Made by a program: the position numbers and the translations under genes. From a virus: a stretch of 64,000 bases of DNA. Below the pieces are notes generated by a model. The model was not told the origin of the DNA. It did no database searches and saw only the letters and a list, made by a program, of their open reading frames with translations. This document shows, one piece after another, positions 47,452-56,548 of the stretch (position 1 is the stretch's first letter; each line of letters starts with the position of its first letter). The stretch lies in the IMG/VR virus record IMGVR_UViG_3300025133_005699, positions 32,001 to 96,000 of that record. One strand, given 5' to 3'.

Positions 47452-48247
47452 CTCTAGAGTTTATTTTCTCCATATTGTCTGCAAATATACTTTGCGTCAT
47501 TCTCATAGATTGATTCTGTCCTGTTTCTCTAACAAAAGATAAGGGTTGTGGGACATGAACCATCATGCAAACTCTTGAGAGCCTAAGCCACAAGTCGTAA
47601 TCTTCTGTGCATCCAATAAAGCCCTGAGATGCTGGGCCATGTAAATTACTATCATAAAATTCCTTTTTTTCTGGTAGCAGTATTGCCTGTAAAAATCTTT
47701 TCTTTATAACCCCAGCACTATGAACTATACACTGTTCGTGTAGTCCCCTTAGAGAGTATGGGTGTTTATACTCATATTTTTTATAATCATTACCATTATA
47801 AGTTTTATGTATAATATAGTCAGAATATGTAACCCCAAAATCCTCGTGCTCCATCAGCTTTTCAACCTGTATAGATATTTTATTGTGAGCATACATATCA
47901 TCGGCATCTAATATAGCAAAAACATCAGCCCATTCCCAAGCCTCCCAGATGGCCACGTTTCTTGCCGTGCTGGCTCCAGAATTATTAATCCTAAAAGCTG
48001 TCAGTCCATCCATCTCTCTATACTCAATTGGGCCATCGTAGTAAGGGGTATGCAAGACCTTTTTTGACATTGAGCTTGCGGTAAATGGAGATATCTTTTC
48101 CCAAGAATCGTCAGAAGAGCCGTCGTCTACAACAAAAACTCTTAGCTCTCCTTTGTAGTCTTGATCTAAAGCGCTATGTATAGCCTCCAAAACAAATTCT
48201 CCATAATTGTAGTTGCTTATTATGACAGCGACCTTAGGCAGTACCAT
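47444..48247 (-). CDS. GT2 glycosyltransferase
   Basis: VIISNYN, VVDDGSSD, GASTARN, LDADD, EDYDLWLR. Likely start MVLPK at 48247. Confidence 0.9.
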   Translation of the reverse strand: MVLPKVAVIISNYNYGEFVLEAIHSALDQDYKGELRVFVVDDGSSDDSWEKISPFTASSMSKKVLHTPYYDGPIEYREMDGLTAFRINNSGASTARNVAIWEAWEWADVFAILDADDMYAHNKISIQVEKLMEHEDFGVTYSDYIIHKTYNGNDYKKYEYKHPYSLRGLHEQCIVHSAGVIKKRFLQAILLPEKKEFYDSNLHGPASQGFIGCTEDYDLWLRLSRVCMMVHVPQPLSFVRETGQNQSMRMTQSIFADNMEKINSRDE

Positions 48248-49043
48248 TAATGAACTCCTCCCACTCACAAATACAGTCTGGGTTCTCAGAAACCATAAGC
48301 TCAACCTTTTCAATAAAGTTGATTCTAACCTTTTCTTTAGTCTTCGGGTCTACCACATCTTTATCCCCGTGGAGGAATTTATATATAGCAGTCTGAAAAA
48401 TCATACCGTTCATTTTTTTGTATGGTTTAATCAGAGCGAGCCGCTTCATGTCGATATTCATTCTATTGTCTATTTTTTCAAACAGGTTTTCTGGAACATC
48501 TTCACCAGAAGTTGTCACAAAAATCCAACCATTCTTAGCGTGTCTAAACGCTTCACCTATCATAAACAAATCCATCTGACCGACGAGACTCAATACAATA
48601 TGGTATTCTGTTTCTTCAAAGTCAAACTCGCTGGCAAGCAGTGCTTGTATCTCCTCATTATATTCAACATTAGCGTTGATAACCACTATGTAGCGAGGAG
48701 TACCTCTTGTTTGGCTCTTTATCTGCGCAACCGTATGACGAAGATCTATCATGGCGTTTTTAGATCTAGTGTCTAAAAATACAAAAATTCCAATACGAGG
48801 AAAAACCTCTCTAAGGACCGTTTGTTTTAAATTCTTCTTCTCTTCTTTAGACAAAACCTTCTTCCATTCTTTGGGTCTATAGGTATTACAAAATCTACTA
48901 AAAAGAAAATCAAACTTACCGTCTTCAGTTTTTCCAGTTTTTTCTGGGTTCAGCAGTTCTATCCTATTTAACTTGCACCCGGTTTGCTTTTTATTTCTAT
49001 ATTCAGCAAATACGCAACCCTTGCAGTGTGTTTCAATTTGCAT
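48234..49043 (-). CDS. Hypothetical protein with Cys-rich N-terminus and degenerate GT-A-like region
   Basis: HCKGCVFA..TGC..RFCN, then PRIGIFVFL..PRYIVVIN..KNGWIFV with no DxD. Confidence 0.45.
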   Translation of the reverse strand: MQIETHCKGCVFAEYRNKKQTGCKLNRIELLNPEKTGKTEDGKFDFLFSRFCNTYRPKEWKKVLSKEEKKNLKQTVLREVFPRIGIFVFLDTRSKNAMIDLRHTVAQIKSQTRGTPRYIVVINANVEYNEEIQALLASEFDFEETEYHIVLSLVGQMDLFMIGEAFRHAKNGWIFVTTSGEDVPENLFEKIDNRMNIDMKRLALIKPYKKMNGMIFQTAIYKFLHGDKDVVDPKTKEKVRINFIEKVELMVSENPDCICEWEEFINGTA

Positions 49044-49470
49044 TATTGTTTCTCCTTGCTGTTATAACTACTTGCATTGTTTCATTATTGATGAACTGTT
49101 CTTCTATCGTTAGCCCCATTTGCTTCAGGCTTTCTCCTAATGTTTCTGCATTCAGGACGGAGGCTATCGAGCTAGATGTATCAAACAATAAGTCATTTAT
49201 ATCCTGAACATCCATTCCCATCTTGTTGTAATGGTGACATATGATATCTATATCTTTTTCATAGATAATTATTCTGCCGTTAATCCTAAGCTTTGACACA
49301 ATCTTACTCAATACAGATCCAAGCTCAGAACGTGGAAAAGAGGTGAGCATTGAGTCTATGATGATTTCTGTGGACTCTGAATCATCAACAAAAAGATCAA
49401 TTGATGATATATCGCTCACCCATATATGATTTGACTCAGAGGGTTTTCTATTAGACAATATAATTTTCAT
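49033..49470 (-). CDS. Degenerate class I methyltransferase-like protein
   Basis: VDDSESTEII...VLSKIVSKLRINGRIII..KD...L..MGL. No GxG SAM motif. Confidence 0.5.
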   Translation of the reverse strand: MKIILSNRKPSESNHIWVSDISSIDLFVDDSESTEIIIDSMLTSFPRSELGSVLSKIVSKLRINGRIIIYEKDIDIICHHYNKMGMDVQDINDLLFDTSSSIASVLNAETLGESLKQMGLTIEEQFINNETMQVVITARRNNNAN

Positions 49471-49472
49471 GT

Positions 49473-50495
49473 TTATTTCCTGTAGTTTTGTATAACGTTA
49501 AAAAACTGTTTGTTCCAACCCTCAACGAATCGGTCTAGACTGAACTCATTTACAATTGTAGTCTTTGCATTGTCTCCCAACCTTCTGGCTTCGTCAGGAT
49601 TGTTAAGGAGATACTCGCAATGCTCTCTAAGCTCTTCTGGAGTGTTAGCGAGCAGTCCGTTCTCTTCGTGTTGTACAATTTCTGGTATCATACAGTTGTT
49701 GGTACTAACGATAGCGCACCCGCAAGCCATAGCCTCCATCAATACTGTTGGTACGGGAGAGTGGATAGACGTGTTCAAAAATATAGAAGATTTCTTGTAC
49801 CCTTCTCTTAGGGCCTCAAGACTAGGAGCAGGCTCAGATAATCCGGGACTGCTGCCAAACACCCTTATAGGTAGCTGGTCAGGAGAGTTGAACCTAACTG
49901 TTTGCTGCCATAGGTTCCAGCCACAACACCAATCTCTATTTGGCCAATCGTTGACTACGGATATACAAACATTTTCGCGGTCATATAAATCGCCACCGCC
50001 CCAAAAATCAGTATCTATCCCGTGTTCAATAAAAGAGGTAGTTTTGGATAAATTTTTCCCCCACTCTTCCATATTGTATCGAGATATAAAGCTGTCATGA
50101 TCGACTTCAATAGCATTAAAACCAGCCACCTGAGAATGAACATCAAATCGAATATCCGGTAAAACATGCGTATGTCGCAAGATAGGTATATTGAAAAGCT
50201 GTTGAATTTGTTTGGCAGTCATGATTCTCTCACAGCTCGTATGACAAAGAATTAAATCAAAGTTAATATGCCAAGGCACGATATCAATCTCTTGATAGTT
50301 TGCGGGAATTAAGCCATAGTCTGTATTCCATGTTTTTCCATGATTCATAGAATAGAAATTATGTCCTGTCTTACATAGACCCTGCTCGTATCTTTCATGT
50401 GTGCAAAACGTCAATATATTAAGAGTGTCTCCTTCGCTCAGGGCAGACCTTCTCATTATAGACCTTATAGACTGCTGGCTAGCGGTACTACTCAT
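49473..50495 (-). CDS. GT4 (GT-B) glycosyltransferase
   Basis: HGIDTDFW, IFLNTS..SPVPTVLMEAMACGCAIVST, ENGLL. Confidence 0.85.
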   Translation of the reverse strand: MSSTASQQSIRSIMRRSALSEGDTLNILTFCTHERYEQGLCKTGHNFYSMNHGKTWNTDYGLIPANYQEIDIVPWHINFDLILCHTSCERIMTAKQIQQLFNIPILRHTHVLPDIRFDVHSQVAGFNAIEVDHDSFISRYNMEEWGKNLSKTTSFIEHGIDTDFWGGGDLYDRENVCISVVNDWPNRDWCCGWNLWQQTVRFNSPDQLPIRVFGSSPGLSEPAPSLEALREGYKKSSIFLNTSIHSPVPTVLMEAMACGCAIVSTNNCMIPEIVQHEENGLLANTPEELREHCEYLLNNPDEARRLGDNAKTTIVNEFSLDRFVEGWNKQFFNVIQNYRK

Positions 50496-51594
50496 ATAGC
50501 AACTCCTTTAACTTTTTACCAATACATTTTATATCGTATTCTCCAGCCTTAGCTATGGAATCATCTTTTTTGGTATTGTATTCTTTTGGGTTGTTCTTAT
50601 AGGTCTCATAAGCCACCCTCATTGTAGAGCACAGCGACTCCAAGTCTGGCTCCATCCATCTGGTAAGCGATGTATACACACTATCCATCGAATCTGTTGC
50701 CATGTAACATGGGGCCGGAGACGATTGGACTTTCCACCCCACACAGAAATCATCCATACCAGTATTAGCCGTATGTATAACAGGTATGCCCATAGCCATA
50801 GACTCTAGTGCCGGTATACACCAAGCCTCTCCAAAACTAGGCATAACAAAACAATCGCACTTACCCATCAGTGAGTGTAAGTGTCTACTTTCCAGATGCC
50901 CCGTTATGGTGATTTCTTTTCTGTAGTTCTTTCTTATTTTAAGGGATCGCCTTACATTGTCTGAAAGGGTCTCGAAATATTTGAGCGTTTCATCGTGACT
51001 GTATCCCGGCTTACTTAGCTTTAAGAATAGGTTGACAGGCTCTGAGGGGTGAAACTCTGTGTGAAAAGCTCGTAACAAAGTTTCGATATTTTTTCTCTTA
51101 ATCATCTCTCCGACAAAGCAGAAGTTAAAACATCCTTTAAACTCCCCTACGCTTGCACAGTCTTCTATATTTTGGTAATCTTCTATAGGTAAGCACAGAG
51201 GTGCTAACTTAACAGGAGTCGTTACTCCGCTTTTCTGAGAGGCCGTTATCATCTGGTTGTTAGGAACCCACGCTTCGTCAAGCAGGTTTATGTACTTGTG
51301 CCACATGGTTTCTGAAAAGGTCGCCGTTTCGGTATAGAAGATGCCTATGTTTTTAAAGCTCGAATTATAAGAGTACAACGGCGGAAGTGTGTGCTGAATG
51401 CAAACATCTACACCTTGTTCGCTCTGGCTTTCTAGCTCCGCAATTCTTTGGTTGCCAGTATTGTGTGAATCGTTAAAGGTAATAGCTCTAGGCACAACAT
51501 TTACTCCAGCAGAATCTAAAGCTAATATATTGTTGGCGCAAGCATTTCCCCAACCCGTCCTATCGTTATAGTTTCCTATATAGAGAACTTTCAT
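50488..51594 (-). CDS. GT4 (GT-B) glycosyltransferase
   Basis: TGWG, DEAWVPN, RKNIETLLRAF, DCFVMPSFGEAWCIPALESMAMG. Confidence 0.88.
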   Translation of the reverse strand: MKVLYIGNYNDRTGWGNACANNILALDSAGVNVVPRAITFNDSHNTGNQRIAELESQSEQGVDVCIQHTLPPLYSYNSSFKNIGIFYTETATFSETMWHKYINLLDEAWVPNNQMITASQKSGVTTPVKLAPLCLPIEDYQNIEDCASVGEFKGCFNFCFVGEMIKRKNIETLLRAFHTEFHPSEPVNLFLKLSKPGYSHDETLKYFETLSDNVRRSLKIRKNYRKEITITGHLESRHLHSLMGKCDCFVMPSFGEAWCIPALESMAMGIPVIHTANTGMDDFCVGWKVQSSPAPCYMATDSMDSVYTSLTRWMEPDLESLCSTMRVAYETYKNNPKEYNTKKDDSIAKAGEYDIKCIGKKLKELLYE

Positions 51595-53243
51595 CGCTGC
51601 CCTCCCTGAATTTTATTAGCCCTAATTTTTTCCCACTCATTATGCATCTCTCTCATTTTAGCCATGTGGGTATATGCCAAATTGACATCAAACTTACCCC
51701 AATTTCTTATATTGTTGTTAAGGTGTGATTCATTGAAATAGAAATCAACATTTGTACTACTAGCGGTACACTTATACGTAATGTCCCTTAGTGTTCTTTT
51801 CCACATATGGTTTCCAACCCAGTCTGGTCTTCGTAGAACATGATTAAAGAGGAAATCTACCTGCTCTTTGACGCTAAGGTTTGGCGGGATTTCAGTAGCA
51901 GATGGTAGTATTCTTGGGGCAGAAAACCATGTCTCGGCGTGATTTCTAACTGGCGTCTTATCAAAATAATCCGCCCATTTGCTCGCAGTATCATCCCAGT
52001 TATATCGAGAAAGCGTGCGCTGTCTCATGTTGTAGCCCGCCTGTTTACGTTTCTCATCGCTGGTATTGTAGAGGTCAGTAATATGCTGTAGCGCTACGCT
52101 GTTGTCTGGGATAGCTCTATTGCAGCCAGTCTCACATTCCATTTGAAGGTAGCTTACCGGAACCTTGAGAGCCCCAATATTGTCTGCGACAGACTGCATA
52201 GCGGAATAGTCAACGGTAATGACGGGAACTCCCGACTGAGACGCTTCTAATTGGGGCATCCCGAACCCCTCACTATTTGCATATTGTATATATACATCAA
52301 ACAGGCTATATATTTGCGCAAGCTCATCTCTTTCTATTTTATTGTTTATACCAACGAGCTCTCTTGTGAAATTTGCACATTGATAGCAATGGTTGATAAC
52401 GTCATTAAAAAATGAGGTATTAATATGGCCGCACTTCTTACATCTATACGTAAATAAAACCCTATTGGTCAGCCCATACTCTTGAAGAAGCTGAGGTATT
52501 TCCCACCCAATATCAGGATAAGATGTGTGGCAGTAAAGATATGCGTTTGGGGCATCGTTAGAGTCTAGAAACTCCCTGAATGTTTTGAATAAGTCTGGAA
52601 ATAATTTTCTTCGCTGGTTCCTCATTACCGTACCAAGAATAAACGAGTCTTCAGCTAGCCCAAAATTTAATTTATGCGAGATCTTGTCATGAACAATATC
52701 AAACTCCTGACTGGCACAGGGAGATGCTATATCTATAAAGTTCAAATCTTGACATTGCCCCAAGAGAACATCTTTGCCGAACTCGGAGTACGCAAACACG
52801 GCGTCTGCACTAGCGAAGGTATCCATCCACTGGTTATTCTGAGGGGCGGCGTCTACTGTCGGCATTATACACCAATGAAAGAAGTCTCGAAATGGCGTTC
52901 TTTGTTGGAATTCAAACATCCACCAGTCCCGTATGTCCACAACAAAGTCCGGCATAAAGTCTAACAAGACATGATTGAAGGTATACTCACCAAATTCATA
53001 TGATGGCTGTGATTTATACTCATGCCATTCTGGGCTATCTTTTACGGGCTGGTTTGGAAATATAGTCCAGTTGCAGTTCTTGGCCTCTTTATTTGCTCTT
53101 GCTTGGTCTACATAACAGGCAAGCTCGGCAACCTCAAATCTAGGGTCTACACTCAGGCGAGAAAGAACCTCTTTTGTGTATACAGAATATCCTGTAGGCA
53201 AGAAGTGTCCCTCTGAGCAAAAAAGTATTTTTTTACGTCTCAT
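51591..53243 (-). CDS. GT4 (GT-B) glycosyltransferase with zinc-ribbon insertion
   Basis: TGYS, MRNQRRK, CKKC-x14-CYQC, SEGFGMPQLEA. Confidence 0.88.
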   Translation of the reverse strand: MRRKKILFCSEGHFLPTGYSVYTKEVLSRLSVDPRFEVAELACYVDQARANKEAKNCNWTIFPNQPVKDSPEWHEYKSQPSYEFGEYTFNHVLLDFMPDFVVDIRDWWMFEFQQRTPFRDFFHWCIMPTVDAAPQNNQWMDTFASADAVFAYSEFGKDVLLGQCQDLNFIDIASPCASQEFDIVHDKISHKLNFGLAEDSFILGTVMRNQRRKLFPDLFKTFREFLDSNDAPNAYLYCHTSYPDIGWEIPQLLQEYGLTNRVLFTYRCKKCGHINTSFFNDVINHCYQCANFTRELVGINNKIERDELAQIYSLFDVYIQYANSEGFGMPQLEASQSGVPVITVDYSAMQSVADNIGALKVPVSYLQMECETGCNRAIPDNSVALQHITDLYNTSDEKRKQAGYNMRQRTLSRYNWDDTASKWADYFDKTPVRNHAETWFSAPRILPSATEIPPNLSVKEQVDFLFNHVLRRPDWVGNHMWKRTLRDITYKCTASSTNVDFYFNESHLNNNIRNWGKFDVNLAYTHMAKMREMHNEWEKIRANKIQGGQR

Positions 53244-53712
53244 ATCTTCTTATTTTTCCTATTGCCGAGTATAATAAACTATAGTATTCATTCTTTGAAA
53301 GGAAAAGCTCTCCGCAGATGTCTTTTCTGGTATATCCTCTCGATTTAAAATCCAGTATTTTTCTTTCCATCGGTAATAGCTTATCCTTATACGCCGCCAA
53401 CAAACTCTGGAACTCCAGCATGTGATGATCTTCTGTGTATTCAGACGGTGTGGCTATTTCTAGTTTTGATAGGCTCTGCCAATCGCTCTCTTTCTTTAGG
53501 AATTTTATTAGGTGGTTTCTGACAGAAGAAAACATATAATTCCTGAGTGGGCCAATTTCGGCATCATAATTTTTAATAGCCTGTAGGGAACCTAAAAAGG
53601 CGACCTGAAGCAAATCCTCAAACTCATAAGATTCAGACTGGTCATTAAACTTTGTAACAAGATATATAATTACATCTAGGTTGTCGTCGATGCTCGCTTT
53701 AGTTCTAATCAT
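53233..53712 (-). CDS. Sigma-70-family (ECF-sized) phage sigma factor
   Basis: Region 2 FEDLLQVAFLGSLQAIKNYD...Y..VRN; region 4 L.PMERKIL...GYTRKDICGEL. Confidence 0.75.
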   Translation of the reverse strand: MIRTKASIDDNLDVIIYLVTKFNDQSESYEFEDLLQVAFLGSLQAIKNYDAEIGPLRNYMFSSVRNHLIKFLKKESDWQSLSKLEIATPSEYTEDHHMLEFQSLLAAYKDKLLPMERKILDFKSRGYTRKDICGELFLSKNEYYSLLYSAIGKIRRYET

Positions 53713-54040
53713 TCGGTCTTTCTTTTTCGTTGAAAATCTTAAAGCTCTGCACCCTGAAATTTATTTTTTGCTTGCTTTCACCTTGTGGGTTAGTCCATTT
53801 TTGCTGCCTAGCGGAGGCGTGAATGGCTATAATCTGGCCCTTTTTGCAGATTTTATGTATGGTTGTCCCTCCGCTATCCCAAGCCTCGAACTCAAAAAAA
53901 TCAACTCGCTTCTTCTTGTTTCCCTCTTTGTCTCTGCGGTATTCTTCAACGGCAAGGAAAAAGGTTACAAGCTGGGTATTTCCAACATCTCTTATTTCAG
54001 GGTCAGCAGTAAACCTTCCCACAAAGTTACAGTTATTCAT
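53705..54040 (-). CDS. ssb: Single-stranded DNA-binding protein (OB fold only)
   Basis: MNNCNFVGRFTADPEIR, F.LAV, DFFEFEAW, KKGQ.I, W..PQGE. Confidence 0.9.
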   Translation of the reverse strand: MNNCNFVGRFTADPEIRDVGNTQLVTFFLAVEEYRRDKEGNKKKRVDFFEFEAWDSGGTTIHKICKKGQIIAIHASARQQKWTNPQGESKQKINFRVQSFKIFNEKERPND

Positions 54041-54086
54041 TTACAATCTCCAATAATGTATGCATATAGAAGATTATAGCCTATTG

Positions 54087-55649
54087 TTACGCTTGGGACA
54101 CTTTGTTAATGACCAAACTTGTATCTTTTTTGCTGGATACTTGACCAAAAGCAACAATTGTATTGCCTTCATATAAAATTTCCTTGAATTTACCATATGC
54201 CTCAGGAAATATAACAGCAGAGTCAAGGGTTGCTGTAGAGTCTTCCACTGACAAGAAAGCCATAATCTGACCCGGATTTTTACCGTTCTTTGTTGCATAT
54301 TCTCGCAGGGAGTTTATATGGATTGCTACGTTTACGTTGCCCGTTCTACCGTTAACTATCTCTTTACATGTACAGTTAACCGCCGCACTTTGTATGGCAT
54401 CAGTTTTGGAGAAGGTTAGCGCCACGCCCATATATTTATTTTCTGCATCTGCAATCCAGTTTGGGTGGTCGGTAAGATCAAATGGCGGAGACTCGATAAT
54501 ATTCCGAACATCAAATACTTTGATTAGCCTGTTAGAGTTTATCTTTAGGTTATTTATCATATTATCTATAGCAGCAATGATAGAGTCATCTGAGTTGTAG
54601 TTTTCAGACAACCATTCTCTTTCTCTGATAGACAAATCCCTATAGCTCTTGTATTCATAGAGAAGGGAGTTTCTATGTTTAGTGTTATTTTTACCATTAA
54701 AGGCACCAACAGTTATCAGTGCCTCAGCACATGTCTTGTTTACTTTTAGTCCCAAGTTAAACAGGGTATCAAGCCAAGTGAATTCTGCAAAAGTTTTACC
54801 TAACTTTTGTTCTATCTCTGGAACCAAATCTAGCATCTTCTTTGTTTCAGCGGTGCCGACGCCCTTGATGTTTGTAACACCAAAATATATATTGTCCTCT
54901 GCCGCAGTAAAAGATGGGTAGAAGTGTCCCAGTCTAGGCGGTAGGGTTTCTATATCATATAGTTTTGCGTCAGACACAAGCTCTTTGATTTCCACCTGTT
55001 GGTCTGGCTTTCTTTCTGAGTGATTGAGATAGGACTCAAAGAATCTCATCTTTCTGTGAACCTTACAGTATGCGCTCCTGTAGGCATTAACAGCATAAGA
55101 AACAGCGTGAGATTTGTTAAACGCATAGCGATTAGATTTTTCAATCCAGCCAAAGATTTCTTCTGCCGTTTCTTTATCAAGCCCTTCGGTACTGGTTGCT
55201 CCAGACAAGAAGGATTTTTTAACTTCTGCCATCAGACCGGCTTTCTTCTTTCCAATAGCCTTACGGAGGTTGTCCGCCTCTTTTAAGTCGAATCCAGCAA
55301 GCTGCTGAGCGATCTTCATGGACTGCTCTTGGTATACAAGAACTCCATAGGTCTCACTGAGAATTGGCTCAAGGCTAGAGTGAATATATTTAGCTTCGTC
55401 GATGCCTGCTTTTCTATCTACGTAGTGCTGGGTCATAGACTTACCCTCGGTAAACGCCTTTAAGCATCCGGGCCTAATGATTGAAATTAGAGCCGCAAGC
55501 TCTTCTATATTTCGAGGCTTAACCCTCTTTGCCCAAGATCTACCAAGCTGAGACTCTAGCTGGAATACCCCTTTGGTTCTTCCGTCGCAAATCAAATCCC
55601 ACACTTTGTCGTCTTGGAAGTCGTTAATATCAAACGTAGAATTCGCCAT
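54087..55649 (-). CDS. dnaE: DNA polymerase III alpha, C-terminal half (fingers, HhH, OB)
   Basis: GVFQLES, IIRPG, ETYGVLVYQEQ, ADNLRKAIGKK, YAFNKSHA, IKGVG, MAFLSVEDST. Likely start MANSTF at 55649. Confidence 0.93.
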   Translation of the reverse strand: MANSTFDINDFQDDKVWDLICDGRTKGVFQLESQLGRSWAKRVKPRNIEELAALISIIRPGCLKAFTEGKSMTQHYVDRKAGIDEAKYIHSSLEPILSETYGVLVYQEQSMKIAQQLAGFDLKEADNLRKAIGKKKAGLMAEVKKSFLSGATSTEGLDKETAEEIFGWIEKSNRYAFNKSHAVSYAVNAYRSAYCKVHRKMRFFESYLNHSERKPDQQVEIKELVSDAKLYDIETLPPRLGHFYPSFTAAEDNIYFGVTNIKGVGTAETKKMLDLVPEIEQKLGKTFAEFTWLDTLFNLGLKVNKTCAEALITVGAFNGKNNTKHRNSLLYEYKSYRDLSIREREWLSENYNSDDSIIAAIDNMINNLKINSNRLIKVFDVRNIIESPPFDLTDHPNWIADAENKYMGVALTFSKTDAIQSAAVNCTCKEIVNGRTGNVNVAIHINSLREYATKNGKNPGQIMAFLSVEDSTATLDSAVIFPEAYGKFKEILYEGNTIVAFGQVSSKKDTSLVINKVSQA

Positions 55650-56319
55650 TTGCAAATGCTTTCTCGAACTTTGTCTTTTGTGAAATGTTTCTTTGGAACT
55701 TCAGGAACTTAATGAGGATATTTGCCGTATCTTTCACGTCTTGAAGGGCGTCATGAGCGTTCTCTTTGCTCTCTTCTGGGAATCCCATATACTCTCGCAG
55801 GAAGTCCATACTAATACTCTTGAAGTCTCGATTGTTTTCTGTCCAAGAAAATACCATATCCATCAAGTCGATCTTGAAGATTGGATTAAAGATAGACTGC
55901 CGACCCCTAGTATCGGTAGTGCCGTACATCTCGCACATTCTCTGAGCAATAGGTAAATCAAAACCAATAATATTATATCCAGCGGCTATAGGTGCAGTAT
56001 AAGACGAGCCTCTAAAGTTGAACTTATTGCAGAAGTCCTCAAACTTTTTCCATACTGTCTTTGGTAGCGGAGCCTTAGCAAGGGCTTTTCTGTTCTTGCC
56101 AGTAATCTCTAGTGCTTCCTCCTCTAGTGGGTCAACCCCAGCTTCAATAGCTTTCTTGTCGTCAATGATGGGTCTAATCTCGCTATTAAAAATACCGCCC
56201 GGCTGAATTGTTAGTTTACGCCCATGTAGAGCAATAGCCGCAATCTGCGTTGGCTGTGTTGTTAGCGGGTTTCTAGAACCTGTTTCAAAGTCAAATACAA
56301 TTATATCTCTAAAATTCAT
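55630..56319 (-). CDS. DEDDh 3'-5' exonuclease (DnaQ/epsilon-like)
   Basis: ExoI DFETG, ExoII YNIIGFD, ExoIII HDALQD. Confidence 0.9.
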   Translation of the reverse strand: MNFRDIIVFDFETGSRNPLTTQPTQIAAIALHGRKLTIQPGGIFNSEIRPIIDDKKAIEAGVDPLEEEALEITGKNRKALAKAPLPKTVWKKFEDFCNKFNFRGSSYTAPIAAGYNIIGFDLPIAQRMCEMYGTTDTRGRQSIFNPIFKIDLMDMVFSWTENNRDFKSISMDFLREYMGFPEESKENAHDALQDVKDTANILIKFLKFQRNISQKTKFEKAFANGEFYV

Positions 56320-56546
56320 TTAAGTAATCCTTTTAATTCAACAAACTTATTAACAGCTTCATCTATGTCTTTAAAGATTTTGCTATACTTATGACGAGGG
56401 TTATCTGAATGCACTTGATAGGCACCCATAGTATCCCCTCTATATTGTGGTAGAAAATGTCTCAAATCGCACAAACTTATGCTTTTAGATTCAATAGCAC
56501 AGCCAGAAAAAATGACTGACTTATAATCGTTCTTAATACCGCTCAT
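56316..56546 (-). CDS. Hypothetical protein between dnaE-N and the exonuclease
   Basis: 76 aa, tightly coupled to both neighbours. Confidence 0.6.
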   Translation of the reverse strand: MSGIKNDYKSVIFSGCAIESKSISLCDLRHFLPQYRGDTMGAYQVHSDNPRHKYSKIFKDIDEAVNKFVELKGLLK

Positions 56547-56548
56547 TC

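Noticed and set aside
53172-53183. Third TTTTGTGTAT occurrence
   Set aside because: It lies inside a - strand CDS in antisense orientation with no + strand gene downstream; likely chance.
36732-53243. Bacterial O-antigen/capsule locus (host chromosome or chimera)
   Set aside because: No wzx/wzy/wzm/wzt or initiating transferase, and the genes overlap seamlessly with phage-type sigma and endonuclease genes at both ends.
55630-55655. Frameshift fusion of the exonuclease to DnaE-C
   Set aside because: The short overlap has no slippery heptamer, and an ATG at 55649 with a purine-rich upstream stretch explains it as ordinary coupling.
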